Shown piece after piece: positions 38,111 to 48,209 of a stretch of 64,000 nt of DNA (positions within the stretch are counted from its first letter, which is position 1; every line of letters starts with the position of its first letter). The notes under the pieces are model-generated. The model was not told where the DNA came from and searched no databases. It was given only the letters and a program-made list of their open reading frames with translations. The translations under genes and the position numbers were made by a program. Source of the stretch: a virus. The stretch spans positions 6,339 to 70,338 of IMG/VR virus record IMGVR_UViG_3300025405_000013. The stretch is one strand, 5' to 3'.

Positions 38111-40877
38111 TATTCCTAATGGCGATAATACAGAATCAGTAAATTTTAGAATTGATGGTGATGCCACAGGCCTCAAGAGAGAGCTAGGTGAAGCCGGTCG
38201 TATAGCCGGTGAACTAAATGACAATCTTAGGGCCGGAGAAAATGCTGTTAGTGGTATCATCGAACGCTTGATCAAGCTCAAGGGTGTTCTCAAAGATGAT
38301 GATGAACTTGCAGATAACTTTAAGTCCATTATGGAGACTGCAGGAAGCTTTGTAGAGAGCACTAACTACTCTCTATCACAAGCAGTTCAAAATATTAGAG
38401 AACTACTGGTTACCGCTAGTAAGCTAGGGGTAAATGGTAATAATGTTCTCGGAGTACTTGGTGGTATGGGCTTTGGTGGCCTAGGTGGTGGTCTAGGTGG
38501 AACTTTTGGTGACGCTAACCTAATAAACCTACTGTCTAACCTAGGTGTAACCGGGAATGTCGGGTCCAATCAGTCCAACCCTAATCTTCGAGAGAGAACG
38601 GTAAACGGCTCCCCAGAGAGTGTTGCAGATACCGGTTATTATAGACGAACAGAGATTAAGGGAGGCCGTCAACGAGCCAGAACCCTCTTTGGTGGACGAC
38701 GTAATCCTCCCCCACCTCCAGGAGGACCCGTCCCTCATCTTTCTGATGATGATGACGAAGATCCATTTGCTAGTGCTAGTGCCAGTAGATGGGGTACTAC
38801 TAGTGTTCGAATAGGGGATAGCTTTCGGTCTACGGGTAATGCCACTATTGACAATTTTGCCAAAGCCTACCCCGAACTCTATAGGACTATGCTAGAAAAT
38901 GGAGAACTTCCTTCAGCTCGGCCGGCTAGAGATGTACTCTTACAGCGTCAAAAAACTGTAGATGCTATCTTTGGACAGAGAAGCACTGCTGGAAGATTCT
39001 TTCGTAATCGTATTAGGAATCAATTAGAGCAAGAAGAGCGTCAATTTAAAGCTTCTGGTGATGAAGTTATCTACGGTGGCCGACGTTTTAGTACCCCACC
39101 GGTTTCAGGGTATGAACGAGAAGTTTATACAAAAGTAGAGCAAAGAGTTCTCGGTAGTGCCAATGAAGGATTGGGCAAGTTTCTTACCGGACTAAGTGAC
39201 AGTGCTCTAAGATTAAGTGAGTTTGGTAATGCTTTAACATTCGGCTACCAGGCTGCTAGACAGGCAATGGCACCAGTTCAGCAGCTTATGCAGATTTCCG
39301 AGCAGTATGGTAGTGTAAACGGAAGTAACAACCCTATGCGTGCTCTAGGGCTTGGTTTGCAAGCTCAGTTTAAGTCGGGATTTGGTTTTAACCCGTTTGT
39401 AAACTCACAGCAAGTGGCACAAGCTCAAATGGCCGGTTTTGGACTGGGCTTTAATAACAATAATAGTGCCTATGTCTCTTATGCCATTAACGCTCAAAAT
39501 CGTTATGGTATGACCGGTCAGACGTCTGCTCAATATGCCCAGACCGGTTTGGCCGCTGGCATGAACCTTCAGCAAATTAATGCTATGGTTGGCGGACTTA
39601 TGATGTCTACCCAGGGCACTAATACCAGTACCTCTTGGCTTAACTCAACCGCTCAAAGTGCAGTAGCTCAATTTGGTGCTGCATACGGTAATGTAGGTGG
39701 AGCCGGTGGAGCAATTGCCGGTGGAGCAACTGCCCCCGGTATGAATGACCAAACTTTGCAGGCAGCAGGAGCAGCCGGTAACTCGGGTTTGGCTAGTGGT
39801 AGTCCCATGGCCTTAGCCTGGTTGAGTAAAACTCTCGGTATTCCATATATGCAAGTACAGGGCACTGTAGCAAATATGATTCAGAAGAACCCTGCTCTAT
39901 GGAATCAGCTTAATCACCAGTATGATATGATGGTTCTAAAGATCGCTATGGGTGGCTCAATCCCTCCAGGTCTAAAGCAATCGGACTTTGCTGCTAAATA
40001 CACCGGTATGTTAACTGCCATTACTCAAAGTTACGGTTATCCATCTGCCCTAACCAGTAATGCTACTGCCCTAATCGACTACTTCTATAAGATCTATACC
40101 AACTCTAGTGCAACTGCTCAGACAAATGCCAATAAGAATATGTCCAGTACTAGTAGAGCCGGAACTGGTGGAATTTTGGGTGGGATTGGCAACTTCTTGG
40201 GCAATCTAGGGAGTGATGTTAGTTCGGTGGCTAGTGCTGCTGGAGACTATGTAAATTCTGCAGTAGTAGCAGTTGGTGGTGGAGCAATTGGTGCAGTAAC
40301 ACAAGCAGTTACTCTAGGGAACTATGGACATGGCATCTGGTCTAACTCAATGAATGAAGCACATAGCTCTCTCACCGCCGGTAATAATGCCGTAACTTTT
40401 GTTGCTAGTAATATTGCTACCGGAGAAATTCTCTCTAGTGCCGTACAAAATCAAGCAACACAAACCATGAAGAGTTATGCTGGAAATGTACAGTTCCAGG
40501 GCAGAACTTGGACTTACGATAACTTTATGAAAATGGTTCCCAATGCACAGCAATTGCTTAATGACGGTATTGCAAAGGTACAGGGCTATAGTGGTGGAGC
40601 TTACCAAACCTATTCGGCCTTCCTACAGCAACACGGTTTTACAGGCTTAAATAGTACAGTTGCTGCACAAGCAAGTACTCCTAGCTACTTGGCCCCGGGA
40701 TCTGTAAACTTTGGTGGAAACGGCAATAACGTTACTGTAACTTTTGCCAAGGGTATGAATAACGTACTAACTCAGATTGCTAATGGCAACTCTTATGTTG
40801 GGCAGACTTCTACTTATGGTTATATTACCGCTAATTCAGCAGTTGTCCCCGGAGCTAATGGTGGAGCCCGAGGCTAA
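38103..40877 (+). CDS. Tape measure protein (start probably ATG 38103)
   Basis: Long Ala/Gly/Gln-rich helical ORF after the chaperones; GGAG RBS. Confidence 0.8.
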   Translation: MADIPNGDNTESVNFRIDGDATGLKRELGEAGRIAGELNDNLRAGENAVSGIIERLIKLKGVLKDDDELADNFKSIMETAGSFVESTNYSLSQAVQNIRELLVTASKLGVNGNNVLGVLGGMGFGGLGGGLGGTFGDANLINLLSNLGVTGNVGSNQSNPNLRERTVNGSPESVADTGYYRRTEIKGGRQRARTLFGGRRNPPPPPGGPVPHLSDDDDEDPFASASASRWGTTSVRIGDSFRSTGNATIDNFAKAYPELYRTMLENGELPSARPARDVLLQRQKTVDAIFGQRSTAGRFFRNRIRNQLEQEERQFKASGDEVIYGGRRFSTPPVSGYEREVYTKVEQRVLGSANEGLGKFLTGLSDSALRLSEFGNALTFGYQAARQAMAPVQQLMQISEQYGSVNGSNNPMRALGLGLQAQFKSGFGFNPFVNSQQVAQAQMAGFGLGFNNNNSAYVSYAINAQNRYGMTGQTSAQYAQTGLAAGMNLQQINAMVGGLMMSTQGTNTSTSWLNSTAQSAVAQFGAAYGNVGGAGGAIAGGATAPGMNDQTLQAAGAAGNSGLASGSPMALAWLSKTLGIPYMQVQGTVANMIQKNPALWNQLNHQYDMMVLKIAMGGSIPPGLKQSDFAAKYTGMLTAITQSYGYPSALTSNATALIDYFYKIYTNSSATAQTNANKNMSSTSRAGTGGILGGIGNFLGNLGSDVSSVASAAGDYVNSAVVAVGGGAIGAVTQAVTLGNYGHGIWSNSMNEAHSSLTAGNNAVTFVASNIATGEILSSAVQNQATQTMKSYAGNVQFQGRTWTYDNFMKMVPNAQQLLNDGIAKVQGYSGGAYQTYSAFLQQHGFTGLNSTVAAQASTPSYLAPGSVNFGGNGNNVTVTFAKGMNNVLTQIANGNSYVGQTSTYGYITANSAVVPGANGGARG

Positions 40878-41479
40878 TGTCCAATACTATAGCGAGTACA
40901 AATAAGAACCTTGTAGCTTCTTTTACTGACCCTATTGCAAATAAAACCTATGACTTTCCGTTTAACATTAATGGAGTAGAGTGGCAGTACCAAATGAATA
41001 ATCAGTCATTTGATACTATCGGCGGCCGAGTGACTCAATTGCTTTCAGTAAAGATTTCCACTATGTCACTCCAGGGGGATGCTGGAAGTAGAAACGGTCT
41101 TATTCAGCTGTATACTAATTTTAAGAACATGCAGGATAATCAAAATATTCGTCAAACTAGCATGGGTCTGTATATTCCAATTGTCACTCTTACAGAGACC
41201 ACTAGCTTAAAGTTTTCAGTATGGCTTACTCAAATGCAGATCGGCTGGGACCCCACTACTAGTACTTATCCTTATCAAATGCAATTGGAAGTAGACCAAG
41301 ACTTTACCGGACTCGCTAGTGGTGCCTCTACTGCCAATGCACTAAATAAAATTTCAGCTGACGTCGGCTTTAGTCCATTCTGGAACGGTCTTAGTACTAG
41401 TATTGCATCAATGACAGCATCACAGGTACAACTATATGTTCAAGCATTACAAGCAGGAAGTGGAGGAAGTACATCATGA
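40877..41479 (+). CDS. Baseplate/tube-initiator-like protein
   Basis: Follows tape measure; FPFNIN..QY...DTIGGRVTQLLSVKI. Confidence 0.6.
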   Translation: MSNTIASTNKNLVASFTDPIANKTYDFPFNINGVEWQYQMNNQSFDTIGGRVTQLLSVKISTMSLQGDAGSRNGLIQLYTNFKNMQDNQNIRQTSMGLYIPIVTLTETTSLKFSVWLTQMQIGWDPTTSTYPYQMQLEVDQDFTGLASGASTANALNKISADVGFSPFWNGLSTSIASMTASQVQLYVQALQAGSGGSTS

Positions 41480-41643
41480 ATCAAATTCATGCTAATTGTA
41501 GGGTTTCTATGCCCATACTAAAGTTAGATCAACAACACGTTTTAATGAACGGCTTTGCTTTTTCTATAGATCAAGGCCTTATTCATCAGGCAATTAGTAA
41601 CAACCAAGGAAGCTGGCAGCAATGGCTGGGAACGCAACAGTAG
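41476..41643 (+). CDS. Small ORF not in the track (55 aa)
   Basis: GGAGG RBS and ATGA overlap; fills the gap. Confidence 0.45.
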   Translation: MNQIHANCRVSMPILKLDQQHVLMNGFAFSIDQGLIHQAISNNQGSWQQWLGTQQ

Positions 41644-42299
41644 CACTCTATAGTCCTAAATCGAACTCTACTATAGTATACGATGTTTGGATAGCAAGTA
41701 TCTCTACTGCTACTAATAATCAGTATGCACAGCAGCAGCTAAGAGATCACATGAGCTTTCAGCCCATTCGTCGTAGTGAAATGTATGTTCAGTTTACGAT
41801 CGCTTGGCCTCTACAAACTGCCAATGTTCCCCTTACAGTTCCAGCAGGTTTTGAGGGCATTGATTATAGAGACGGTTTTACTAGAATGAATACTTTTCAG
41901 TCTGCTATTAGAGACCATCAGCAGGCAGCAGTTAGTTCATTAGCAGCACTTCCTATGGTACTTAACTACAACCCGTCTATGGTACACGGAAAGGTTGATA
42001 AATTAACCTCTCTTTCCTGGACCGGTAATACAGCCCCTACACCATCTACTCTAGTATATAGCGGTTGGGTACAACAGTCAGAGCAAGAGTATACTCGCTA
42101 TAAGAACCTCTTTCTTAGAAACTATACTATGAATATTCTAAACCCCAATATCTCTTCGACTCCTCTTACCAGTATGGTAGTAAATAGTCAGTTTGCCCCT
42201 TCTTCTTCTACACAAAATAATTATGGTTCAGATTGGCCCAATATTGCAATTTTGGCAACTCAAACAGCAGCAGCTATAAACGGGATTAAGCAACAATGA
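41622..42299 (+). CDS. Baseplate-associated protein
   Basis: 225-aa ORF in the baseplate cluster. Confidence 0.6.
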   Translation: MAGNATVALYSPKSNSTIVYDVWIASISTATNNQYAQQQLRDHMSFQPIRRSEMYVQFTIAWPLQTANVPLTVPAGFEGIDYRDGFTRMNTFQSAIRDHQQAAVSSLAALPMVLNYNPSMVHGKVDKLTSLSWTGNTAPTPSTLVYSGWVQQSEQEYTRYKNLFLRNYTMNILNPNISSTPLTSMVVNSQFAPSSSTQNNYGSDWPNIAILATQTAAAINGIKQQ

Positions 42300-44995
42300 G
42301 TTTTGACCGTTCGGGTACATTTGCCTATAGCCCAGATATCCAAGTGTCGATCTATACCCAAAAACAAGGGGCTATAGACGTCTCTAGAGATATCGTAGAT
42401 TTCTCAATAAACCGACAGACTAACGCTGTTAGTAATTTTAGTTGCACTCTAAGCAACCCACTACGTAAGTACAATCAGGTAATTAATACCATGGACCGTA
42501 TTGTAGTGTTCCTCAAGAGGACCAGTTGGTTGCAAGCATTTACCGGTTATGTCACTATGGCCCCTATTGAGACCCTGGTCCCTACTCCGGTTACTATCCA
42601 GGCCAGTTGCACCCTTTACCAGTTGCAAAACACTTACTGGGATGATACACTAGTACAGTTCCAGCAACTCTTACTTAACGCTTCTGACAGTGCTGCGGTA
42701 AACACTGACGCCCTTATTAATGATGGTGGTATTGTACAGGCTACAGTAAATGTACTAAAGGGAGTTGCCGGATGGAACCCCAGTAGAATTCATGTTCAAA
42801 ATATTCCTAGTTCTTTCGTTAAGGCAGCTTCTTCAGCCTATAATTTTGCTGCACTACAAGACTCACAACTAGATCAAACTGCAGTAACTCAGCTAGCTAC
42901 ACTACTAGGCGCTGCTGGAGTAATTAATGGTAATCCGGTAAATAGCTATAGTAATAATGCTCTACTACCTTTAGGCGCACCCAACTATGTAACCTTTAAT
43001 GCCAACTCTGTATCCCCAATGCCCTATCTAATAAGTAGCCCGAGTCAGTCATCTCCCAAAAACCTTCCGGGATTGGCTCCAGTTGGGCCAGTTAATACCA
43101 ATAAAGATATCTACTGGTGTGCTGCACACTGGGCTTACCTAGACTTACCGGGGAGTGGAACCTCTACTATTTCTGGAGTACAGGCAGCACAAAAGTGGCT
43201 TGCTGGAACTAGTGGGACTGGCCAGTACCTTTATGTAGCAAACACCACCACCGGTAGTGGAGTAGTGCTTAGAGCCACTAGTGTACCCGAAGACTATGAC
43301 GGTAACTATGATTCCAATTTCCAGGGTCTACAAGTACACCCTACAGTCTTTACATACTTGGGTGGAGAGCTTAATAGTAAACTACCCCCACCCGCACTTC
43401 AAACTTATACTCCAATAACCACTCTACTAGTCCAATGGGCTGACCCCGCCAAAGTATCAGGTACCGGTCCTCAAAATCTTACCACTCCCCAAGTGGGAAC
43501 TGCACAAAGTGAACTGGGAGTTAACCCTCTAAGTTCTGGGACAGTTACTCCTACAGAACTTGCTTCAGCTGCTGTTTCTTTGGCTTTAAAGTATGTAGGT
43601 GCAAACTATAGTGAGCTATCAAACTGGCGAGAGAATGCTCAAACAAGTGCTCAGCAAAGTAGTTTTGACTGTTCGGGATTTGTTAACTTTATTTGGAAGC
43701 AAGTGCTACAAAAAGACATTGGCAGCTATACTGGAGCCCAGTGGGGGACTCCTCCAAGCCCAAGCCCAGCCGGTATCTATATTGCCAATACTTCTCAACC
43801 ACAACCCGGAGACCTACTATACTGGCAGGCGGGTGGATCAGCAGCAACCATCGATAGTGAACCTAGTCACGTAACTATGCTAGTAGACTCCTTTGGGTCT
43901 AATGGTACTGCTACACAAATTGGAGACTCTTATTCAGCAGGTTCTGATAGTAGTGGAACTACTCTAATTAACGGTAAGCCAGACGGTTGGAATGCTTCTA
44001 GTAATGGTAAGACTACGGGTGTTACTACTGGCACTGTTAAATGGACTCTAATATCGGGTGGAGGAAATTCCAGCACTAACGGTATGGGTATGTACTATAT
44101 GGGTGCAAGAAGACCGGTTAGCCTTTCTTCGTCCTATAATGCTAGTACACAAAATGTCACTATTAGTGGAGTTAATGGAACCGCTATTGACCTTACCAAC
44201 TCATTTAACTTCCTACTTAATCCGCCAAATGTTAACCCACTAACTCAGCAGCTACAGGGTACTCCCCAAGCTTTTATTATGGACAATAGTCTTTTGAGTG
44301 ACCTACAAAACATTGTGGGTGCTGGACTAAGAAGCTTTATGAGTGCACCGAATGGTGATTTTGTTGCCTGGTTTCCTGACTACTATGGTGTTTATGGAAC
44401 TACCCCCGCTCTAGAAATTAGTGATGTAGAAATTATTGACTTTGAGATTTATCACGATGACTCACAGTTGGCTACACATGTAGCAGTCGTCGGTGATACT
44501 AACGGAGTCGGCCAGCAAGTTATTAGTGCCGACTATCTAACCAGTCAAGGTATTGTAAGTATCCAAGACAATACTACTCTCAATCTATTATTTGGCACTC
44601 TGGGAATTGGACCGAGTGGAGTTACGGCTGCTAAACTTAAGACTCAAGAGTTTTTGAACAAATACGGTATGAGACCTTATGTAGTTCAGCAGCAAATGAT
44701 TCACTCACACGAACTAGAATATTTATATGCTCTCCAAACCTTTATGCAAAAGTGGGCCAGTCAGTATGCTAGCCAAGTGAACCTAACCTTTATGCCCGAA
44801 CTATATCCGGGTATGAGAGTGATTATGAATCTTAGTGACGAAAATGGAGTTAGTCATCAGTACCAACTGTACTGTATGAATGTACAGCATCAAGGAAGTA
44901 GAGCTGGGGGGTTTACCACTCAAGCGACCTTTACCGGTATTATTAAAGACGGAAATGTTCTAGACTACGGTCTAAGTCTGTTCGGAAACGGTTAG
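42296..44995 (+). CDS. Baseplate hub protein with internal NlpC/P60 domain
   Basis: Hub-like termini (DVSRDIV, MDRIVVFLKR, FMPELYPGMRV) around FDCSGFV...QPGDLLYW...SHVTM. Confidence 0.8.
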   Translation: MSFDRSGTFAYSPDIQVSIYTQKQGAIDVSRDIVDFSINRQTNAVSNFSCTLSNPLRKYNQVINTMDRIVVFLKRTSWLQAFTGYVTMAPIETLVPTPVTIQASCTLYQLQNTYWDDTLVQFQQLLLNASDSAAVNTDALINDGGIVQATVNVLKGVAGWNPSRIHVQNIPSSFVKAASSAYNFAALQDSQLDQTAVTQLATLLGAAGVINGNPVNSYSNNALLPLGAPNYVTFNANSVSPMPYLISSPSQSSPKNLPGLAPVGPVNTNKDIYWCAAHWAYLDLPGSGTSTISGVQAAQKWLAGTSGTGQYLYVANTTTGSGVVLRATSVPEDYDGNYDSNFQGLQVHPTVFTYLGGELNSKLPPPALQTYTPITTLLVQWADPAKVSGTGPQNLTTPQVGTAQSELGVNPLSSGTVTPTELASAAVSLALKYVGANYSELSNWRENAQTSAQQSSFDCSGFVNFIWKQVLQKDIGSYTGAQWGTPPSPSPAGIYIANTSQPQPGDLLYWQAGGSAATIDSEPSHVTMLVDSFGSNGTATQIGDSYSAGSDSSGTTLINGKPDGWNASSNGKTTGVTTGTVKWTLISGGGNSSTNGMGMYYMGARRPVSLSSSYNASTQNVTISGVNGTAIDLTNSFNFLLNPPNVNPLTQQLQGTPQAFIMDNSLLSDLQNIVGAGLRSFMSAPNGDFVAWFPDYYGVYGTTPALEISDVEIIDFEIYHDDSQLATHVAVVGDTNGVGQQVISADYLTSQGIVSIQDNTTLNLLFGTLGIGPSGVTAAKLKTQEFLNKYGMRPYVVQQQMIHSHELEYLYALQTFMQKWASQYASQVNLTFMPELYPGMRVIMNLSDENGVSHQYQLYCMNVQHQGSRAGGFTTQATFTGIIKDGNVLDYGLSLFGNG

Positions 44996-44996
44996 T

Positions 44997-47042
44997 ATGC
45001 CAGCACCAGTTAATAGAATCCAAACTAATGATATGGTTCGTAGAGTGGTTCTACTTACCAGCCCCACCAAGAGCCCTATGAGTACGGCTGATAATCCCAC
45101 CTACTACTGTATGTCAGTAGATATGAAGGGTTTTCAGATCCAAGTAGACCTACAAGCTCTCCCTCCAGGAGTAAGTATATCCCAGCTTCAACCAAACCAG
45201 GTTTGGTGGGTAGAAAGACGTACCACTCTATTTAGACTCTACCTCTATAGTGGAGTAATGGACCCGGTCACTCGGTCAATTAATACTGACTCACCACTAC
45301 CGGTTAATGCTACAGAGATTCAGGGAATTGCAGTTTCACCCACTACCCCCACTAACGGCCAAGTACTAGAGTATAATTCTACTATTAGTGGTTGGATTCC
45401 AACTACACTTAGTGGGGGAAGTAGTGGTAATGCTACACAACTTCAAGGCTATCCTATTGCTACAACAGCTCCTGCTAGTGGGCAGGTCCTAGGATGGAAT
45501 GGTGCTGACTGGATTCCTACTACCCCTAGTGGCAGTAGTGGTGGAAGTGGTATCACCCAACTCACTGGGGATGTTACCGCTGGCCCTGGTTCAGGCTCTC
45601 AGGCTGCCACTCTACAAGCGACCACTAATGTAGAAAATATTATTTCCAACAACCCTACAGTTACAACTCTAAGTGGTAATTTTGTCACTCTTAGTGGACA
45701 GCTTGCTACTGTTAGTGGAGTAGCATATGCTGCTCTACCTATTTCAGGTGGTACAGTCTCAGGCAACTTGGTTGTTGCATCAGGTTTAACTGTTAGTGGT
45801 GCTTTAACCGTTGGTAGTGAAGTAGACACTGGTGCAATGACAGTTGGCGGCAATCTCACCGTTACAGGCACAACCACTCTTAACAACACACTCGCTGCCA
45901 ACAGCGGTATCACCCTTGGTCAAGCAACAAATATAAATTTCCTAACTGGTGGTGGTTACCAGCTTTCTGTAAGCGGGTCAAACCCAGGAACAATTATTAT
46001 TCCTGGCCCTGGCCTTGGTTCAACCGATACTCTTGCAACTCTAAATGGTACTCAAACGCTTAGTAATAAAACACTTGCCACTACTACGGTATCGGGTAAT
46101 CTTGTTGTAGCTAGTGGTCTTACAGTTAGCGGTACTGTAACCGCTACTGGCATCCAGATCTCTGAAAGTCAAGTAACTAATTTAACTACAGATCTTGCTG
46201 CTAAATTCCCATATTCTGGTGGTACTATAAGCGGCAACCTTACGGTTGCTTCAGGTCTTACTGTTAGTGGTGGTATAAATATTAGTGGTACACTAGCCTA
46301 TAATGGGCAAACCGTTCCTTCAACCAACTATATTGCCAACTATAACTCAGGTTATGGTCCAGCTACTGGCTATGTACTGACATATAACCCCGGACTTGGA
46401 GTAATCTATAATAATTCTATTACCGGTGGTCTTATCCTACAGGGTGCTTCATCAGTCCAGAGCACCCTTACAGTAACATCAGGACTTACTGTCACCGGTA
46501 CCACTACTCTGGGTAGTGGTTATGTATCTGTAAGTGGATCAGGAACTTCAGGTTATATAACTGTTGGTGGAGCAGGTGGTTTAGTCTCTGCTGCCAATAT
46601 TAATGGAACTTCTGGTGTTTTTTCATCTAGCTTAACTAGTAGTGGCACACTATTTGTAACAGGTACCTCTACCCATGTTGGTAATGCTACTTTTAGTGGT
46701 ACAATTACATCAAATGCTTATCTACCTAACGTTGCAAGCATTACTGCTACATCCAATGCAGCCACCGTTAGTGGATCAACCTATACGTCTACTAAGGTAA
46801 CCAACAACTCTGCGGCAACCCTAGCTATTACTATGTCTACTACTGGTGCAGTAGACGGTATGCAGGCGATAGTTCGCATCCTCGATTTTAGCGCAGTTGC
46901 TCAAACTATTAGCTGGACAAATACTGAAAATTCACAGGTATCTGCTCCCACTACATCGAATGGTTCAACGACTCTTCCCCTAACTGTTGGCTTTATTTAT
47001 AATGGTTCCACTTCTAAGTGGCGCTGTGTGGCGGTGGCTTAA
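44997..47042 (+). CDS. Spike/fibre protein: baseplate-type N-terminus fused to fibre repeats
   Basis: Position after hub; repeats shared with 19608 and 25748; C-terminal KWRCVAVA. Confidence 0.75.
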   Translation: MPAPVNRIQTNDMVRRVVLLTSPTKSPMSTADNPTYYCMSVDMKGFQIQVDLQALPPGVSISQLQPNQVWWVERRTTLFRLYLYSGVMDPVTRSINTDSPLPVNATEIQGIAVSPTTPTNGQVLEYNSTISGWIPTTLSGGSSGNATQLQGYPIATTAPASGQVLGWNGADWIPTTPSGSSGGSGITQLTGDVTAGPGSGSQAATLQATTNVENIISNNPTVTTLSGNFVTLSGQLATVSGVAYAALPISGGTVSGNLVVASGLTVSGALTVGSEVDTGAMTVGGNLTVTGTTTLNNTLAANSGITLGQATNINFLTGGGYQLSVSGSNPGTIIIPGPGLGSTDTLATLNGTQTLSNKTLATTTVSGNLVVASGLTVSGTVTATGIQISESQVTNLTTDLAAKFPYSGGTISGNLTVASGLTVSGGINISGTLAYNGQTVPSTNYIANYNSGYGPATGYVLTYNPGLGVIYNNSITGGLILQGASSVQSTLTVTSGLTVTGTTTLGSGYVSVSGSGTSGYITVGGAGGLVSAANINGTSGVFSSSLTSSGTLFVTGTSTHVGNATFSGTITSNAYLPNVASITATSNAATVSGSTYTSTKVTNNSAATLAITMSTTGAVDGMQAIVRILDFSAVAQTISWTNTENSQVSAPTTSNGSTTLPLTVGFIYNGSTSKWRCVAVA

Positions 47043-47720
47043 ATGGCTATTACAGTTGGCACAACTTCAAACACAACTCCTCTTGCCTTAAGTACGTCCC
47101 CAATATCATTGCCAAACAGCTATACAACCAAGGCAAATGATGTCGCAGTTATTATCATTGGTACTCCCAGTGCTGACTGGACTGGCGTAACAGTATCTGG
47201 GTTAGGCGCTTCTTGGATTATTAAAAGTCTCCCCGCTACAAGCGGTAATAACGGTAACTGGTTTGCAATTGGCTATGGATGTTCTGCTGGAAATACCACA
47301 TTTACTCTGTCTAGTAACCCTGCCAGTGGTACAGCAGTTGGTGTTGGAATTTTTTCTGGAGCTTCCTCTGCTGCACCAACCCAGCTATTTGGCCCTTTAT
47401 CAAATACAAATAACTTCTCCACTGTTACAGGTACTAATTTGTCATGGTCAGCTGGTCAGTTATTAATTGCCTTTGGCCAAGCATATCAATGGAACAACCT
47501 TACTCCTTCAGGAACTTGGGCAGGAACTTTTGACACTTTTGCTGCACGTAATGGTACTACTAGAATGGTTTTTCTTGACTACTTAATAGCACCATCATCT
47601 CAGACCAACCAATCGTACGTCTCTCCTCAGTCTGCATCAGCATATCCAATTGGTTCTGTTTATGGTTTTGCCATAAAACCAGCAAGCAATGGCAATATGT
47701 TCCTAGCAATGGGTTTTTAG
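47043..47720 (+). CDS. Fibre-associated protein
   Basis: MAIT start; follows the fibre; paralog of the 28792 C-terminus. Confidence 0.65.
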   Translation: MAITVGTTSNTTPLALSTSPISLPNSYTTKANDVAVIIIGTPSADWTGVTVSGLGASWIIKSLPATSGNNGNWFAIGYGCSAGNTTFTLSSNPASGTAVGVGIFSGASSAAPTQLFGPLSNTNNFSTVTGTNLSWSAGQLLIAFGQAYQWNNLTPSGTWAGTFDTFAARNGTTRMVFLDYLIAPSSQTNQSYVSPQSASAYPIGSVYGFAIKPASNGNMFLAMGF

Positions 47721-47724
47721 AGAA

Positions 47725-47747
47725 TGTACTACAGCCCGTATTTTAAC
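47725..47747 (+). promoter_or_regulatory. Putative late promoter TGTAC-N13-TTAAC
   Basis: One-mismatch copy 9 nt upstream of ATG 47757, which has no RBS. Confidence 0.5.
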
Positions 47748-47756
47748 TAAGATACT

Positions 47757-48209
47757 ATGAAGACACTTGCAGTAAGTAATGGTGATATCCAGTTAAGTGG
47801 TGGTAGACTACTATTTAATACTGGAACTACAAAGCTCATCCAGGACCTCACTCTTTGGCTGCAAGAGCCACTAGGAACCGGCTATACTACCCCAGGTTTT
47901 GGGTCTACTCTTACAAGCCTAATTGGTGGGCCCCAAAATGGAAGTACCTTAAACACTGTACAAACTGAAATTCTTCGAGTGCTACAGCTCTACCAGGGTC
48001 AACAGATCTTAAATATCAAATCCGCTCAAAATAGTGCACAACTTGCTAACTGGAATAAAGACGAGATCATTCAGAGTATTCAGTCTGTAACAGTAGATCT
48101 ATACTATAATAGTATCGTAGCACAAGTCACTCTTCAAACACTAACTGGTAACCTAGTGAATCTTGGACTCACCATCGGAAATAATGGAGTAACCGTTAAC
48201 AATGGCTAA
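47757..48209 (+). CDS. Baseplate wedge gp25-like protein
   Basis: MKTLAVSNGDI...KLIQDL.LWLQEPLG...PGFGSTL. Confidence 0.75.
   Translation: MKTLAVSNGDIQLSGGRLLFNTGTTKLIQDLTLWLQEPLGTGYTTPGFGSTLTSLIGGPQNGSTLNTVQTEILRVLQLYQGQQILNIKSAQNSAQLANWNKDEIIQSIQSVTVDLYYNSIVAQVTLQTLTGNLVNLGLTIGNNGVTVNNG

Noticed and set aside
28921-47720. Diversity-generating retroelement TR/VR pair (28921-29106 versus 47535-47720)
   Set aside because: Differences are spread over all bases and are largely synonymous, not adenine-specific; no reverse transcriptase is in the window.
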